DNA from: Escherichia phage SP15
Sequence record: AP019559
Strand: one strand, 5' to 3'
Length of the DNA: 64,000 bases
The notes under the pieces were generated by a model that saw only the letters and a program-made list of their open reading frames with translations, was not told where the DNA came from and searched no databases. Position 1 is the stretch's first letter; every line of letters starts with the position of its first letter. The translations under genes and the position numbers were made by a program. Shown piece after piece: positions 36,714 to 45,449 of the stretch.

Positions 36714-37697
36714 ATGACAGAAGAAGTAGCTAAGAGTCCTGAGACCGTCGCTAGCGTTGCAGCAGAACTGCACCGTCACGAGGAATCAGATAAGAAAAAG
36801 TGGGAGAAGGTCAGAGCCTACGAAGAAAAACATCGTGAACACGATGATGAAGAAGATGACGATGAACATTGTCATAAATATGGAAAACATAAAATGCAAG
36901 AACCAGTAAACGTATTTACTAGTGGCTTCCCTGGCCTACTGGGTGGTTACCCAGCAAACGCAGGTGCTTTCGGTGGTGAAGGTATGGGACTATTCGGAGC
37001 TATCCTAATCGGTGCTCTATTAACAGGCGGATTCGGTGGTTTCGGTGGATTCGGTGGACGTGGTGTAGTTGGTGATGGTACCGCAGTTGATGCAGTACTT
37101 CAGAACCAAGATACCGCTAGTATTCTAGCAGCTATTAACACTACTCGTACAGAAGCTAACCAGGGTACTGGAGCTGTTTTAAGCGCAGTTAACAATGGGT
37201 TTAGCCAGACATCCCAAAACCAGAGCCGTGATACTCAGTCTGTACTAACTACGATCTATGGTACAGGTGCTAATCTGTCTAATCAGATCTGTCAGGAAAC
37301 TCGCAACGTTATTCAGGGTCAGTTCGATCTTTCTCGCCAGATTGATCAATCTTTCGCAGCTAATCAGATAGCTCGTGCACAAGATAAGTTTGATTCTGCA
37401 CAGATCGCTTTCCAGCAGACTTTACAAACTAATAACCAGTTTGCCGCTGTTCAGGCTCAGATGTGTGCTAACCAGAACTCTCTGGAACGTCAGATCGCTG
37501 AATGTTGCTGTGAACTTCAGACTGCTATCGCTGGTGTAACTACTGCTCGTATTCAGGATGAGTTAGATGCATGTCGCCTACGTGAAGCAATCGCTGCGGG
37601 TAACGGTGCTAACGGTCAGGTAATTAATCAAATCGCTGTAAGTCTTGGTGCTATCACTCAGACTCTGGCTGGTCTGCAGGCTAAACTGCCGGCTTAA
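36714..37697 (+). CDS. glycine-zipper membrane protein with long Q/N/A/T-rich helical domain
   Basis: Track ORF starts at a GTG at 36705; ATG at 36714 has AGGAGG 8 nt upstream; 'GGFGGFGGFGG' hydrophobic Gly-rich segment; 'CCC' near the C-terminus; host-like codon usage. Confidence 0.6.
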   Translation: MTEEVAKSPETVASVAAELHRHEESDKKKWEKVRAYEEKHREHDDEEDDDEHCHKYGKHKMQEPVNVFTSGFPGLLGGYPANAGAFGGEGMGLFGAILIGALLTGGFGGFGGFGGRGVVGDGTAVDAVLQNQDTASILAAINTTRTEANQGTGAVLSAVNNGFSQTSQNQSRDTQSVLTTIYGTGANLSNQICQETRNVIQGQFDLSRQIDQSFAANQIARAQDKFDSAQIAFQQTLQTNNQFAAVQAQMCANQNSLERQIAECCCELQTAIAGVTTARIQDELDACRLREAIAAGNGANGQVINQIAVSLGAITQTLAGLQAKLPA

Positions 37698-37718
37698 TAT
37701 TAAGGGGAGGAGCCCATT

Positions 37719-38135
37719 ATGAGTAAATATGGTTTTGTAAATAACGGACTTAATCAAAGTATGGGCTCCCAGCAGCCCATTCCGGGTCTGGATAACCCCT
37801 ACTTACAACAATTGCAACAGCGTTTAGCAGAAGCGCAACAGATGCAACAACAACTCCAGCAAAACCCTGGAAGTGTGAGTCCTATGCAAATGATGCAGCA
37901 AATGAGCGGGCAGTCGCAAATGCCTCAACAAATGCAGCAACAGATGCCGCAGCAGCAAGTTCAGCAGCAAACCCAACAACCGCAGGTTTCTGCGGAAGGA
38001 CAGGCAGTACTAGCCCTTTTCGAAGACTTCACAAAGACAGAGGATGGGAAGCAGCTTGTATCACTTATGGGTAAGTTTAATAGCTTCTGCCAAAGCCAAG
38101 TTGCAAAAGCTCAAAATGGTGGTAATAACTCCTAA
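37719..38135 (+). CDS. Gln-rich low-complexity protein
   Basis: 138 aa with poly-Q/M stretch; RBS GGGGAGGAG. Confidence 0.55.
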   Translation: MSKYGFVNNGLNQSMGSQQPIPGLDNPYLQQLQQRLAEAQQMQQQLQQNPGSVSPMQMMQQMSGQSQMPQQMQQQMPQQQVQQQTQQPQVSAEGQAVLALFEDFTKTEDGKQLVSLMGKFNSFCQSQVAKAQNGGNNS

Positions 38136-38144
38136 GGAGAAATT

Positions 38145-38339
38145 ATGTGTTGCAGAAAACCTGTTTCGTGCTGCCCAATGCCTGTAGCACGTTGTTGCTC
38201 TCCAGCAATGTTTACACAAATACCGGCGTTCAATCCCTTTGCCTTTAAGCCTACTCTTATCCTGCCCCCTAGAGTAGATTTTCAGTCAAGATTGGCCTCC
38301 CGTATGGGTGGTTGCTGTACACCGAGAGTGTGGTTCTGA
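38145..38339 (+). CDS. Cys-doublet-rich small protein
   Basis: 64 aa with four CC doublets; RBS AAGGAGA. Confidence 0.5.
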   Translation: MCCRKPVSCCPMPVARCCSPAMFTQIPAFNPFAFKPTLILPPRVDFQSRLASRMGGCCTPRVWF

Positions 38340-38354
38340 AGAACCAAACAATAA

Positions 38355-38390
38355 AGCCCCTAGTCGAAAGACTTAGGGGCTTTTCTGTAT
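38355..38390 (+). terminator. Rho-independent terminator
   Basis: 11-bp stem with one bulge around a GAAA loop, followed by TTTTCTGTATTT. Confidence 0.65.
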
Positions 38391-38394
38391 TTAA

Positions 38395-38436
38395 GATAAA
38401 AGAAAAGCCCTGCGCTCTCCAGGGAACGCAGGGCTT
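38395..38436 (-). terminator. Rho-independent terminator for the SPFH gene
   Basis: 10-bp stem AAGCCCTGCG/CGCAGGGCTT; on the minus strand followed by TTTTCTTTT. Confidence 0.65.
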
Positions 38437-38459
38437 ACTTCAGATGTTACATGCGGATA

Positions 38460-39407
38460 TTATTTATTACGCATATCCATGATCATTTGACCATCGTAGC
38501 CAGTACCTACCACAGTCTGTGGTACACCACCTTGATATTTCTGAGCACGAATCATTTCGACTTCCAGTTGTTTCCAACGAATCATCTCAGGAGTAATGGT
38601 ACGTTGCAGTGCGGCGTTAGCTTCAGCTTCTTTCTTAGCTGCGTACAGTTTAGCATCTGCGTCACGTTCATTAGCGATAGCTTGGTTGTTGCGAGCTTCA
38701 CGATCTGCTTCTGCTTGTTTAACTTTTTGCTGTGCTTCCTGTTCAACACGAGCTAATTCAGCTTTAGCAGCATTAACCTGTTCTTCACGAACTTTGGTAT
38801 TCTGTACCTGTTCCATGATTACCGGTGGCAAAGTAATATCCTGAAGGAATACCTGCTTAACTGTGTAACCATATGGGCGTGCATACTCTTCAACTTCCTG
38901 TTGAATTGCAGTTTGCAATTGAGCCTGAATTTTAGCATCAAACAAATCTTGTGCTTTAGGTACAGACTTACCAAACTCACGAATAGTAGACAGTAATTTT
39001 TCAGTTACATATTTGTCTAACGCTTGATCCTGAGTACCTGCGTTAATACGGTTAATTGGTGCCTTAGAACCATCAAACTGCAACATAACAGTCAGGTCAA
39101 CAGTGGATTTAAACTTATCCTGGCTAGGAACCTGAAGTTTATCTAATTTTACAGCAATATCTTTTGTACTAAAAGTGTCGAAAGATGCAAATGGGTTTAC
39201 AAGATGGAAACCTGGTAATACTGGGTTAGGATCTACTTTACCCAGAAATGTTTGGGTTTTAACCGTACCATCAGAAACAATAGTATATGAATTAAAGGCT
39301 AGAATCAAGCCTGCTAAACCAACTACAGCACCAATACCCCAACGTTTAATAGTACGAATTACTTTCTGCTCAGAAGTCAGTTCTTTCATATTTTTAGTAT
39401 TAAACAT
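38460..39407 (-). CDS. SPFH/band-7 (stomatin/prohibitin/HflK-C-like) membrane protein
   Basis: N-terminal transmembrane helix, central SPFH-like region, C-terminal A/E/Q-rich coiled-coil; host-like codon usage. Confidence 0.7.
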   Translation of the reverse strand: MFNTKNMKELTSEQKVIRTIKRWGIGAVVGLAGLILAFNSYTIVSDGTVKTQTFLGKVDPNPVLPGFHLVNPFASFDTFSTKDIAVKLDKLQVPSQDKFKSTVDLTVMLQFDGSKAPINRINAGTQDQALDKYVTEKLLSTIREFGKSVPKAQDLFDAKIQAQLQTAIQQEVEEYARPYGYTVKQVFLQDITLPPVIMEQVQNTKVREEQVNAAKAELARVEQEAQQKVKQAEADREARNNQAIANERDADAKLYAAKKEAEANAALQRTITPEMIRWKQLEVEMIRAQKYQGGVPQTVVGTGYDGQMIMDMRNK

Positions 39408-39441
39408 ATATTTCCTTTGTTTTAGTTACAGTTAATAAAAT

Positions 39442-39516
39442 TGGCCGAGGTGACAGGATTCGAACCTGCATAAAGGAATTTAGAAGACTCCTGCCTCTCC
39501 CTTAGACTACACCCCG
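39442..39516 (-). tRNA. tRNA-Arg (TCT)
   Basis: Hand fold: acceptor CGGGGTG/CACCTCG, loop CTTCTAA, discriminator G; isolated from the main cluster. Confidence 0.7.
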
Positions 39517-40018
39517 TTTAAATATTTTTAAGAACTCTCGTAAAAACTCTTAAAAATACAGACGATACCGGGAGAGTCATAAGTCTCACTCATTAAGTAT
39601 TTCAAGACAAAATACAGTAACGTCTATTATTTTCCAGTTTAAGTCAGGGTGACTTAGTGGTTAGGTCCTGCGGTATATTGAGGACTCGGTTAGGCTTGGG
39701 GTCATGACTTCCCGCCTTTTGCTGCTACTCAACAGGAGTTATCGCGAATTACCTGTGCTATTGTGCACCATTAGTGACATCTCTCATGTCAGCATTTCCC
39801 ACTTTGTGGATAGCTTGAAAAACTACTCCGATATGGAGAAAAAACTTCACTATCCTAGAATACCTTCTAAAGTTCTTCTTTAGCCTGGACATAGTTAAAT
39901 CGTAATAAAACTATTCAGCAGACTGGTTGGTTAGCCTGGAACCAACTACCGCGTGGTTTAGGCAGTGCGCAACTAACCTCGGAAGCTTTTACGTTAAAAG
40001 CATCAGTTATCCAGTTCT

Positions 40019-40090
40019 TACCGACCGTAGGATTCGAACCTATATCTTCCACCAGTTACGGCTTGATAATACCAATTATACTAGGACGGC
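40019..40090 (-). other. degenerate tRNA-like element inside an ~800-bp non-coding region
   Basis: Acceptor-like pairing GCCGTCC/GGTCGGT and T-arm TAGG-TTCGAAT-CCTA; no canonical anticodon arm. Confidence 0.35.
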
Positions 40091-40328
40091 AGTGTTACTA
40101 CATAAGTGATTTCCACACCCCACTATTTATAAATTAGAGAAGAGTTTAGGGGAGAGGTTTCAGACGCCTCATTTTACACGTTCTAGCCACTAACCGGGAT
40201 TGCCGCCCCCTGTGTACTAGTTTTACAACTAACCTACCGACTCTATTCAACGAATCTTAGTGCTCGACGCATCTTACATTAAGACAAGTTCAGCGTAATC
40301 GGCTCGCTGTTCTCTAATTTATGAATAT

Positions 40329-40357
40329 ATTATACAGAATTTATAAGCATTTAGCAA
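40329..40357 (-). promoter_or_regulatory. T5-type early promoter reading into the non-coding leader, tRNA-Arg and the SPFH gene
   Basis: Minus strand TTGCTA, 17 nt, TATAAT. Confidence 0.55.
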
Positions 40358-40365
40358 ATAAATTT

Positions 40366-40809
40366 TTAATTAAATTCACCAGCAATCTGAGCAGCAGTAC
40401 CACCATCATAACGCCCAGGAAATTCTTCCTTAATCGCTTTCATCAGCATACCTTTTGTAATTCCAGGGTTTAGCTTAACTAATTCTGCAAAGTATTTACG
40501 AATCTCAGTATCAGATAACTGAGGGGGCAGATACTCCTGCAACCACTTATTTAGAATGTACTCATACTGAGCGGACTGCAAGCTATAACTATCAAGATCT
40601 TGACCATGAAGTTTAGCTTTCATCTGGTTAATGCTTTTTAGTTGAGCTTTGAGATAAGACACAAATTGTTCAGAAGTGATGAAATCTTTATTAATACGCT
40701 GAAGATCCCCGATTATGGTCTGATAGCTTTTAGCGACTTCTTTATCAGAACCATTAAACTTAGAATCCTGCAAAGCTCTACGCAAAACATCTAAAATATT
40801 CTCTTCCAT
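40366..40809 (-). CDS. hypothetical protein (possible GatB/YqeY-like domain)
   Basis: 147-aa ORF; weak similarity impression at the C-terminus. Confidence 0.45.
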   Translation of the reverse strand: MEENILDVLRRALQDSKFNGSDKEVAKSYQTIIGDLQRINKDFITSEQFVSYLKAQLKSINQMKAKLHGQDLDSYSLQSAQYEYILNKWLQEYLPPQLSDTEIRKYFAELVKLNPGITKGMLMKAIKEEFPGRYDGGTAAQIAGEFN

Positions 40810-40979
40810 TATTTCATTCCTAACGCTTGGTTAAAAGATTGTTCTGTCATAACTGCTGAGACTTTGGCGAAATCAAACTTTTTAGGGTTCGTAGTGATCT
40901 CAGCAACGTTAGAAGTTTTAACAATTTTCGTAGTACGAATACCGCGAGTGTTAACACCAATAATTACAACTGATTTCAT
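40809..40979 (-). CDS. hypothetical small protein (56 aa, below ORF-track cutoff)
   Basis: ATG with GAGGAAG RBS; TAATG stop-start overlap with the downstream gene. Confidence 0.4.
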   Translation of the reverse strand: MKSVVIIGVNTRGIRTTKIVKTSNVAEITTNPKKFDFAKVSAVMTEQSFNQALGMK

Positions 40980-41047
40980 ATTTCGCTTCCTCTCATTAAT
41001 TTATGGAAGTATTATACGGAAATTTAAGTATTTAAGCAAGTAAATTT

Positions 41048-41515
41048 TTAAGTTTTAGTGACAACAGGTTTATAAAACGTATGTCCCTTAATCTTAGTTG
41101 TTTTCTTAAACTTCTTTGTCCAGTAAGGTTTATCTTTACCACTATGGAAGTATAGTGCTCCATGTGTAGGATCTTGTGGTAAATCAACGTAGTATATCAC
41201 TCTAGCTAAATTCTTAGCGGTTTGCCAAGCCTCATCAGTTTTATCAACTTTTGGTCTCTTAGATACCCAAGAGAACTGGTTAGACTGATATACTACTTTA
41301 CAGTAGGAATCTGGGAATTTACCGGAGTTTACACGGTTTTTAGTAACGTGTGCAATCGCCGTCATTCCCTTTATGCCCTCACCACGACTTTCGAAATAGA
41401 TATTTTTAGCAATGCAATCTATTTCTTTTGCATCGTGCGATGCCTGACTACTAAAGCTGAAGGTAAGGGCAGCTACTAAAAGCAAAGCTGCCTTCATTCT
41501 TTTTACTCCTGCCAA
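41048..41515 (-). CDS. secreted cell-wall hydrolase, SleB/CwlJ-like
   Basis: Signal peptide; 'FESRGEG...AIAHVTKNRV...VVYQSNQFSW' resembles the cell-wall hydrolase family. Confidence 0.6.
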   Translation of the reverse strand: MAGVKRMKAALLLVAALTFSFSSQASHDAKEIDCIAKNIYFESRGEGIKGMTAIAHVTKNRVNSGKFPDSYCKVVYQSNQFSWVSKRPKVDKTDEAWQTAKNLARVIYYVDLPQDPTHGALYFHSGKDKPYWTKKFKKTTKIKGHTFYKPVVTKT

Positions 41516-41820
41516 TCATATTCAACACGATTGGGGTTTTCTTTGTACCCTAAGTCAAGCAAATCATTACGCATATGTTGCTTAGCTACTGGGTTCGAGG
41601 TTACTAGTACCACTTTCTTTGGTCTCTGCCCAAATTCTAAGAGTAAACGAAGAATTTGATAACCTTCCATACCATCTACAGCCAAGTCATTATCCATATA
41701 AACGAAGTGGCCTGTGGTATCAGTTTTATTCAGAAACTCGACAGCGGCTTCTGGGGTTCGAATGATAATGTCCATTCCGTGAAGATTACGCACATCATCA
41801 ATCAAAATATGAAAAGTCAT
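41503..41820 (-). CDS. hypothetical protein (possible receiver-like fold)
   Basis: 105-aa ORF; assignment weak. Confidence 0.45.
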   Translation of the reverse strand: MTFHILIDDVRNLHGMDIIIRTPEAAVEFLNKTDTTGHFVYMDNDLAVDGMEGYQILRLLLEFGQRPKKVVLVTSNPVAKQHMRNDLLDLGYKENPNRVEYDWQE

Positions 41821-42262
41821 AATAGCCTCGTTTCATCAATTTAAAAATATATTATACAGATAACTTAGTAAATTAGCAAATACATTTTTAAATTGTGAAA
41901 CTAGTAAACCGATAAACAGCCTAGAGGCGCCACAGGCCATATCTTATGAGCCATGTACCTTTGATCTAGGGTTTGAATCATCAACGAATACTTTGCATCT
42001 TTTAGCTTTAGAAGTTTAGAAGTTTGAGTTCTTTAAACTTTTCAGCTTTCATACTTAAATGTTGATCTTTGAAGTTGTGTCGGTAATATCAACGACGCTT
42101 TGTTCTTACGTGTCAGCTTAAAAGGCTGGTGTAATAAACATAATCTCCAATAGATTATACTTTATAGTATGGTCAGCGGTCTTATTTAACCTCGTATTTC
42201 AACCGCTGCTGCGAGGTAAGATGCTTGGGCTTTCGTCTACCGATTTACTAGCTTTTAAATTA

Positions 42263-42901
42263 TTACTCTACTTCAATGAAGGTAGAGGCGTTAGACTCGG
42301 ACAGAACAAAGTCAACATTTGTTGCAAAGTCCTGGTATTCCTCGTCATGCTGCTTAATCAGCTTTTCCAGTTCCAGCGGATCAATCAAGAATGGAGTATT
42401 CTTGAGTTCCAGCAGGTTGAGCTGCATTTTAACTTCATCTTCGGAAGTTTTCTTATCGCGGGTAGCCATGCTATCCTGCAAACGCTCATATTTAGCATCA
42501 AACTGTGCTTTCTGCGTATTAAACTTAACCGTAGCGGCATGGAACTGCTTACGCATGTTAGCCAGCAGTTGAGCTTTAAGTTCCATAGAACGCTTAGCTT
42601 CAATTGCTTCCGCAACAGTCATCTTACGAGAACCGATCTCAACGATTGTTTCTGCATTGCTCTTAATCAGAGCAGATTTAATACGATCACGCCGAGACAT
42701 CATATCCAGCAGAGATTGGAAATCAGTCTTAATACGAGTAGACAGATCAGCTACTTCGATTGCAGCGCCAACTACAACCTGGTTTTTATCCTTACCTTCA
42801 CCAACAGCAATCAGAAGATGTTGTTCAGTAGCTTTACGGATTTTAGCTTCCAGAGATTTGATAGTTGCCAGAGCGCGAGTTTTAGAAATACGAGTAGTCA
42901 T
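42263..42901 (-). CDS. hypothetical coiled-coil protein
   Basis: 212-aa ORF with good codon usage; the overlapping plus-strand 237-aa ORF is rejected. Confidence 0.55.
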   Translation of the reverse strand: MTTRISKTRALATIKSLEAKIRKATEQHLLIAVGEGKDKNQVVVGAAIEVADLSTRIKTDFQSLLDMMSRRDRIKSALIKSNAETIVEIGSRKMTVAEAIEAKRSMELKAQLLANMRKQFHAATVKFNTQKAQFDAKYERLQDSMATRDKKTSEDEVKMQLNLLELKNTPFLIDPLELEKLIKQHDEEYQDFATNVDFVLSESNASTFIEVE

Positions 42902-42954
42902 TATTTGCTTCCTTATATGAAGTTTGAGATTTGAATTTGTTTAAAGTTGGCCTA

Positions 42955-43137
42955 TTACAGACCAATTGCCAGCAGAGTGCGCAGAACAGTATCATTACTG
43001 TTATCAATTTTAGGATTAGCACGATTTAGCAGATCAAAGATTTTCTGGATACCTGATTGACGTTCAGCCATACGACGGATACCAAGATTACGAGTAGCTT
43101 TCTTACCATTTTTACGAACATTTTTAGATACTGGCAT
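42955..43137 (-). CDS. small basic protein
   Basis: 60 aa. Confidence 0.45.
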   Translation of the reverse strand: MPVSKNVRKNGKKATRNLGIRRMAERQSGIQKIFDLLNRANPKIDNSNDTVLRTLLAIGL

Positions 43138-43207
43138 ATTTGTTTTCCTTTTATTGTTTTCTCAAATTTATGAATATATTATACAGAATTTTGGAGCCGG
43201 AAGCAAA

Positions 43208-43909
43208 TCAAATTTTCATTTTTTCGATCATAGCTGCAACACAATAGCTTTCAACTAAGGCATCAAATGCAGGATCATGCTTAACAGGATAGATCCCATA
43301 ACGAATAGTGTCCATCTTCTCCATTTTAGCTATTGCCCAGCTAATACCTTCGGTCTCTAGAGCCTTATAACTGTATCCAGCTTGCATCCAGAGATTACGG
43401 AGAGATCTAACATTACCCAAGTTCCAGAATTTCCACGGAACTATTTCTTCATTGGTTCCAGCATGGAAAGTGTTTGCAGAGTAGATAGTCATATCAAACT
43501 CTGGGCCATTGCCATAATACAAAGCATTTTCGCCTAGAGCCAACTCCATAATATTTTGAGCCATAGAGAAGGCAGCATGGTTAGAGCCAAGTTTATTAGT
43601 GCAATGATGTTTACCATTTTGGAAGGCAATCAGTTTTGGATTACGCTCATTCATAGCTTCCATAATGTGGATAGCAGACGGGCTATGTTTAGCCTGATCC
43701 ATCCAGAATGCTAGAGTAGGTGCTGTAACTTTGGCACCAGAATTAAGTTGATCTTGTACATCTAAAGTAACAAATACTAGATCAGGGTCTTTATCAATTC
43801 CATGCATAGCCACAAAAGCGAATGAAGGCATTACGATATGAGTAGTACCACAATCTCCTGGAGTTCCTAGAGATTCAATATCTAGCATACCAAATGGTTT
43901 TACTTTCAT
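43208..43909 (-). CDS. DEDD-family 3'-5' exonuclease (DnaQ-like)
   Basis: N-terminal 'FGMLDIESLGT' Exo I motif. Confidence 0.55.
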   Translation of the reverse strand: MKVKPFGMLDIESLGTPGDCGTTHIVMPSFAFVAMHGIDKDPDLVFVTLDVQDQLNSGAKVTAPTLAFWMDQAKHSPSAIHIMEAMNERNPKLIAFQNGKHHCTNKLGSNHAAFSMAQNIMELALGENALYYGNGPEFDMTIYSANTFHAGTNEEIVPWKFWNLGNVRSLRNLWMQAGYSYKALETEGISWAIAKMEKMDTIRYGIYPVKHDPAFDALVESYCVAAMIEKMKI

Positions 43910-43937
43910 AACTTATCCTTTATTGTGTAGAAAACTA

Positions 43938-44174
43938 TTAAAGAGCTGTCTCTTTAATAGACTCCCACTTCTTGGGGTCTTTAAAACCAGGGAGCATATC
44001 CTCACTGACATCCCAGTTCTCTTCCATAGAGAAGTCGGGCCATTCATTCCAGCTACCTTCCAGCTCTTCATAAGAGGTATCCATTACCTCATGACTAGAA
44101 AGTCGTGTATAATCCCTAGCTGACTTATGTGTGCTAGCACGGTTAAAATCATTCTTTGCTACAAAATTACGCAT
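43938..44174 (-). CDS. hypothetical acidic protein
   Basis: 78 aa. Confidence 0.5.
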   Translation of the reverse strand: MRNFVAKNDFNRASTHKSARDYTRLSSHEVMDTSYEELEGSWNEWPDFSMEENWDVSEDMLPGFKDPKKWESIKETAL

Positions 44175-44215
44175 AGTTTCTCCAAATAAGAGGGGCTTTC
44201 GCCCCCTGATTTAAA

Positions 44216-44431
44216 TTACTTGCCCAGCAGTTTAAGGATATTTTCCATAATAGTTTGGGCAGATTTTTCACTCTTGTTGGTTTCAGCCAACTTTAAAGCG
44301 AGTTCTTCCTGCTGTTTCTGAATATCCGCAGCAATTTTTTGATCAGCCTCAATACGAGCTTGAAGCTCATCAGTGATAGTGGTAAAGGAAGCAACGATTT
44401 CAGTAACGGAACGTGGTTTCTTAGAGAACAT
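44216..44431 (-). CDS. hypothetical coiled-coil protein
   Basis: 71 aa. Confidence 0.5.
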   Translation of the reverse strand: MFSKKPRSVTEIVASFTTITDELQARIEADQKIAADIQKQQEELALKLAETNKSEKSAQTIMENILKLLGK

Positions 44432-44496
44432 AAAAAAATATCCTTGATTAGTTAGAGAATCAGTAGATTGTAGGGGCTCTCGCCCCTATTTATCTG

Positions 44497-45012
44497 TTAC
44501 TTCGCTTTACGCTTGCGCGCTGGTTTAGCAGATTTACGAGCAGAATCACCCGTGAACTTAATGCCTACACCGTAACACAGAGCACGAACATTATCTTTAC
44601 TATACTCTACGCCAAAGATATTTGGCTTAACAGAGCCAAACTGTCCACGAGTATCACGCAATACATCTGCTGTTGGTTTACGCTTCTGGTTAACTGCCTT
44701 CTCATAGTCTTTCATAGACATACCATTACGAGAGAACAATTCAGCCCCAGCGTTGAAGCTCAGGGAAACTGGGACAGATTTGTGGCCGTAATTTTCTACA
44801 TACATAACCATTTTGTAGGATTTACGGGTAGCATTTTTAGCTTTAGGCTTCTGACGAATCGGAGCCGGATTATTCAGTGCTTGCGCAGCCTGAGCATCGG
44901 TAGGATGCTTACGCAGGTGACGTTCCAGGCGAGCTTTGCGATTAGCCTCAGTCTTCTGGAAAGTTTTAACTGCCGGAGCTGCTTGAGTTTTTGCGTTTTT
45001 CTGCTTAGCCAT
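44497..45012 (-). CDS. basic protein, possibly nucleic-acid binding
   Basis: 171 aa, Lys/Arg-rich termini. Confidence 0.5.
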   Translation of the reverse strand: MAKQKNAKTQAAPAVKTFQKTEANRKARLERHLRKHPTDAQAAQALNNPAPIRQKPKAKNATRKSYKMVMYVENYGHKSVPVSLSFNAGAELFSRNGMSMKDYEKAVNQKRKPTADVLRDTRGQFGSVKPNIFGVEYSKDNVRALCYGVGIKFTGDSARKSAKPARKRKAK

Positions 45013-45095
45013 TATTTGTTTTCCTTTTTGTTTATCAATTTATGAAGTATATTATACGAGAATTTGAAGCGTTTAGCAAATGAATTTTTTAAAAA

Positions 45096-45374
45096 TTATC
45101 TACCAACCATCTTAGCTTGTTCGGCATCTGAGACATATTGATACGCTCCTTTATTATATGCTGGAGCAGTACACATTTTCTTACGCTCAATCTCTTCTTG
45201 AGCTTTTCTTTCGCGTTCAGCTAATTCTTCGTCCAGATAAACTAAACGTTGTTCTGGAGGAGGTGGAAGACGTGTTTCTGGCTCACCAATATTAGCCTTT
45301 CTTATTTGACGAGGTGATTGTGCACGTTTTCTCAATGGTTTAAATCCTAATGAATTTGAGTTATAAATTCGCAT
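45096..45374 (-). CDS. hypothetical protein
   Basis: 92 aa. Confidence 0.5.
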   Translation of the reverse strand: MRIYNSNSLGFKPLRKRAQSPRQIRKANIGEPETRLPPPPEQRLVYLDEELAERERKAQEEIERKKMCTAPAYNKGAYQYVSDAEQAKMVGR

Positions 45375-45449
45375 AAAGCCCCCTCACTTTCAATACGAAT
45401 ATTATACTAAATTAGGGGGCTTTAAGCAAGTGAATTTTTAATTTATTTA

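Noticed and set aside
42221-42934. Plus-strand 237-aa ORF fully overlapping the minus-strand 212-aa gene
   Set aside because: Low-complexity hydrophobic translation; the minus-strand frame has coiled-coil composition, good codon usage and fits the surrounding operon.
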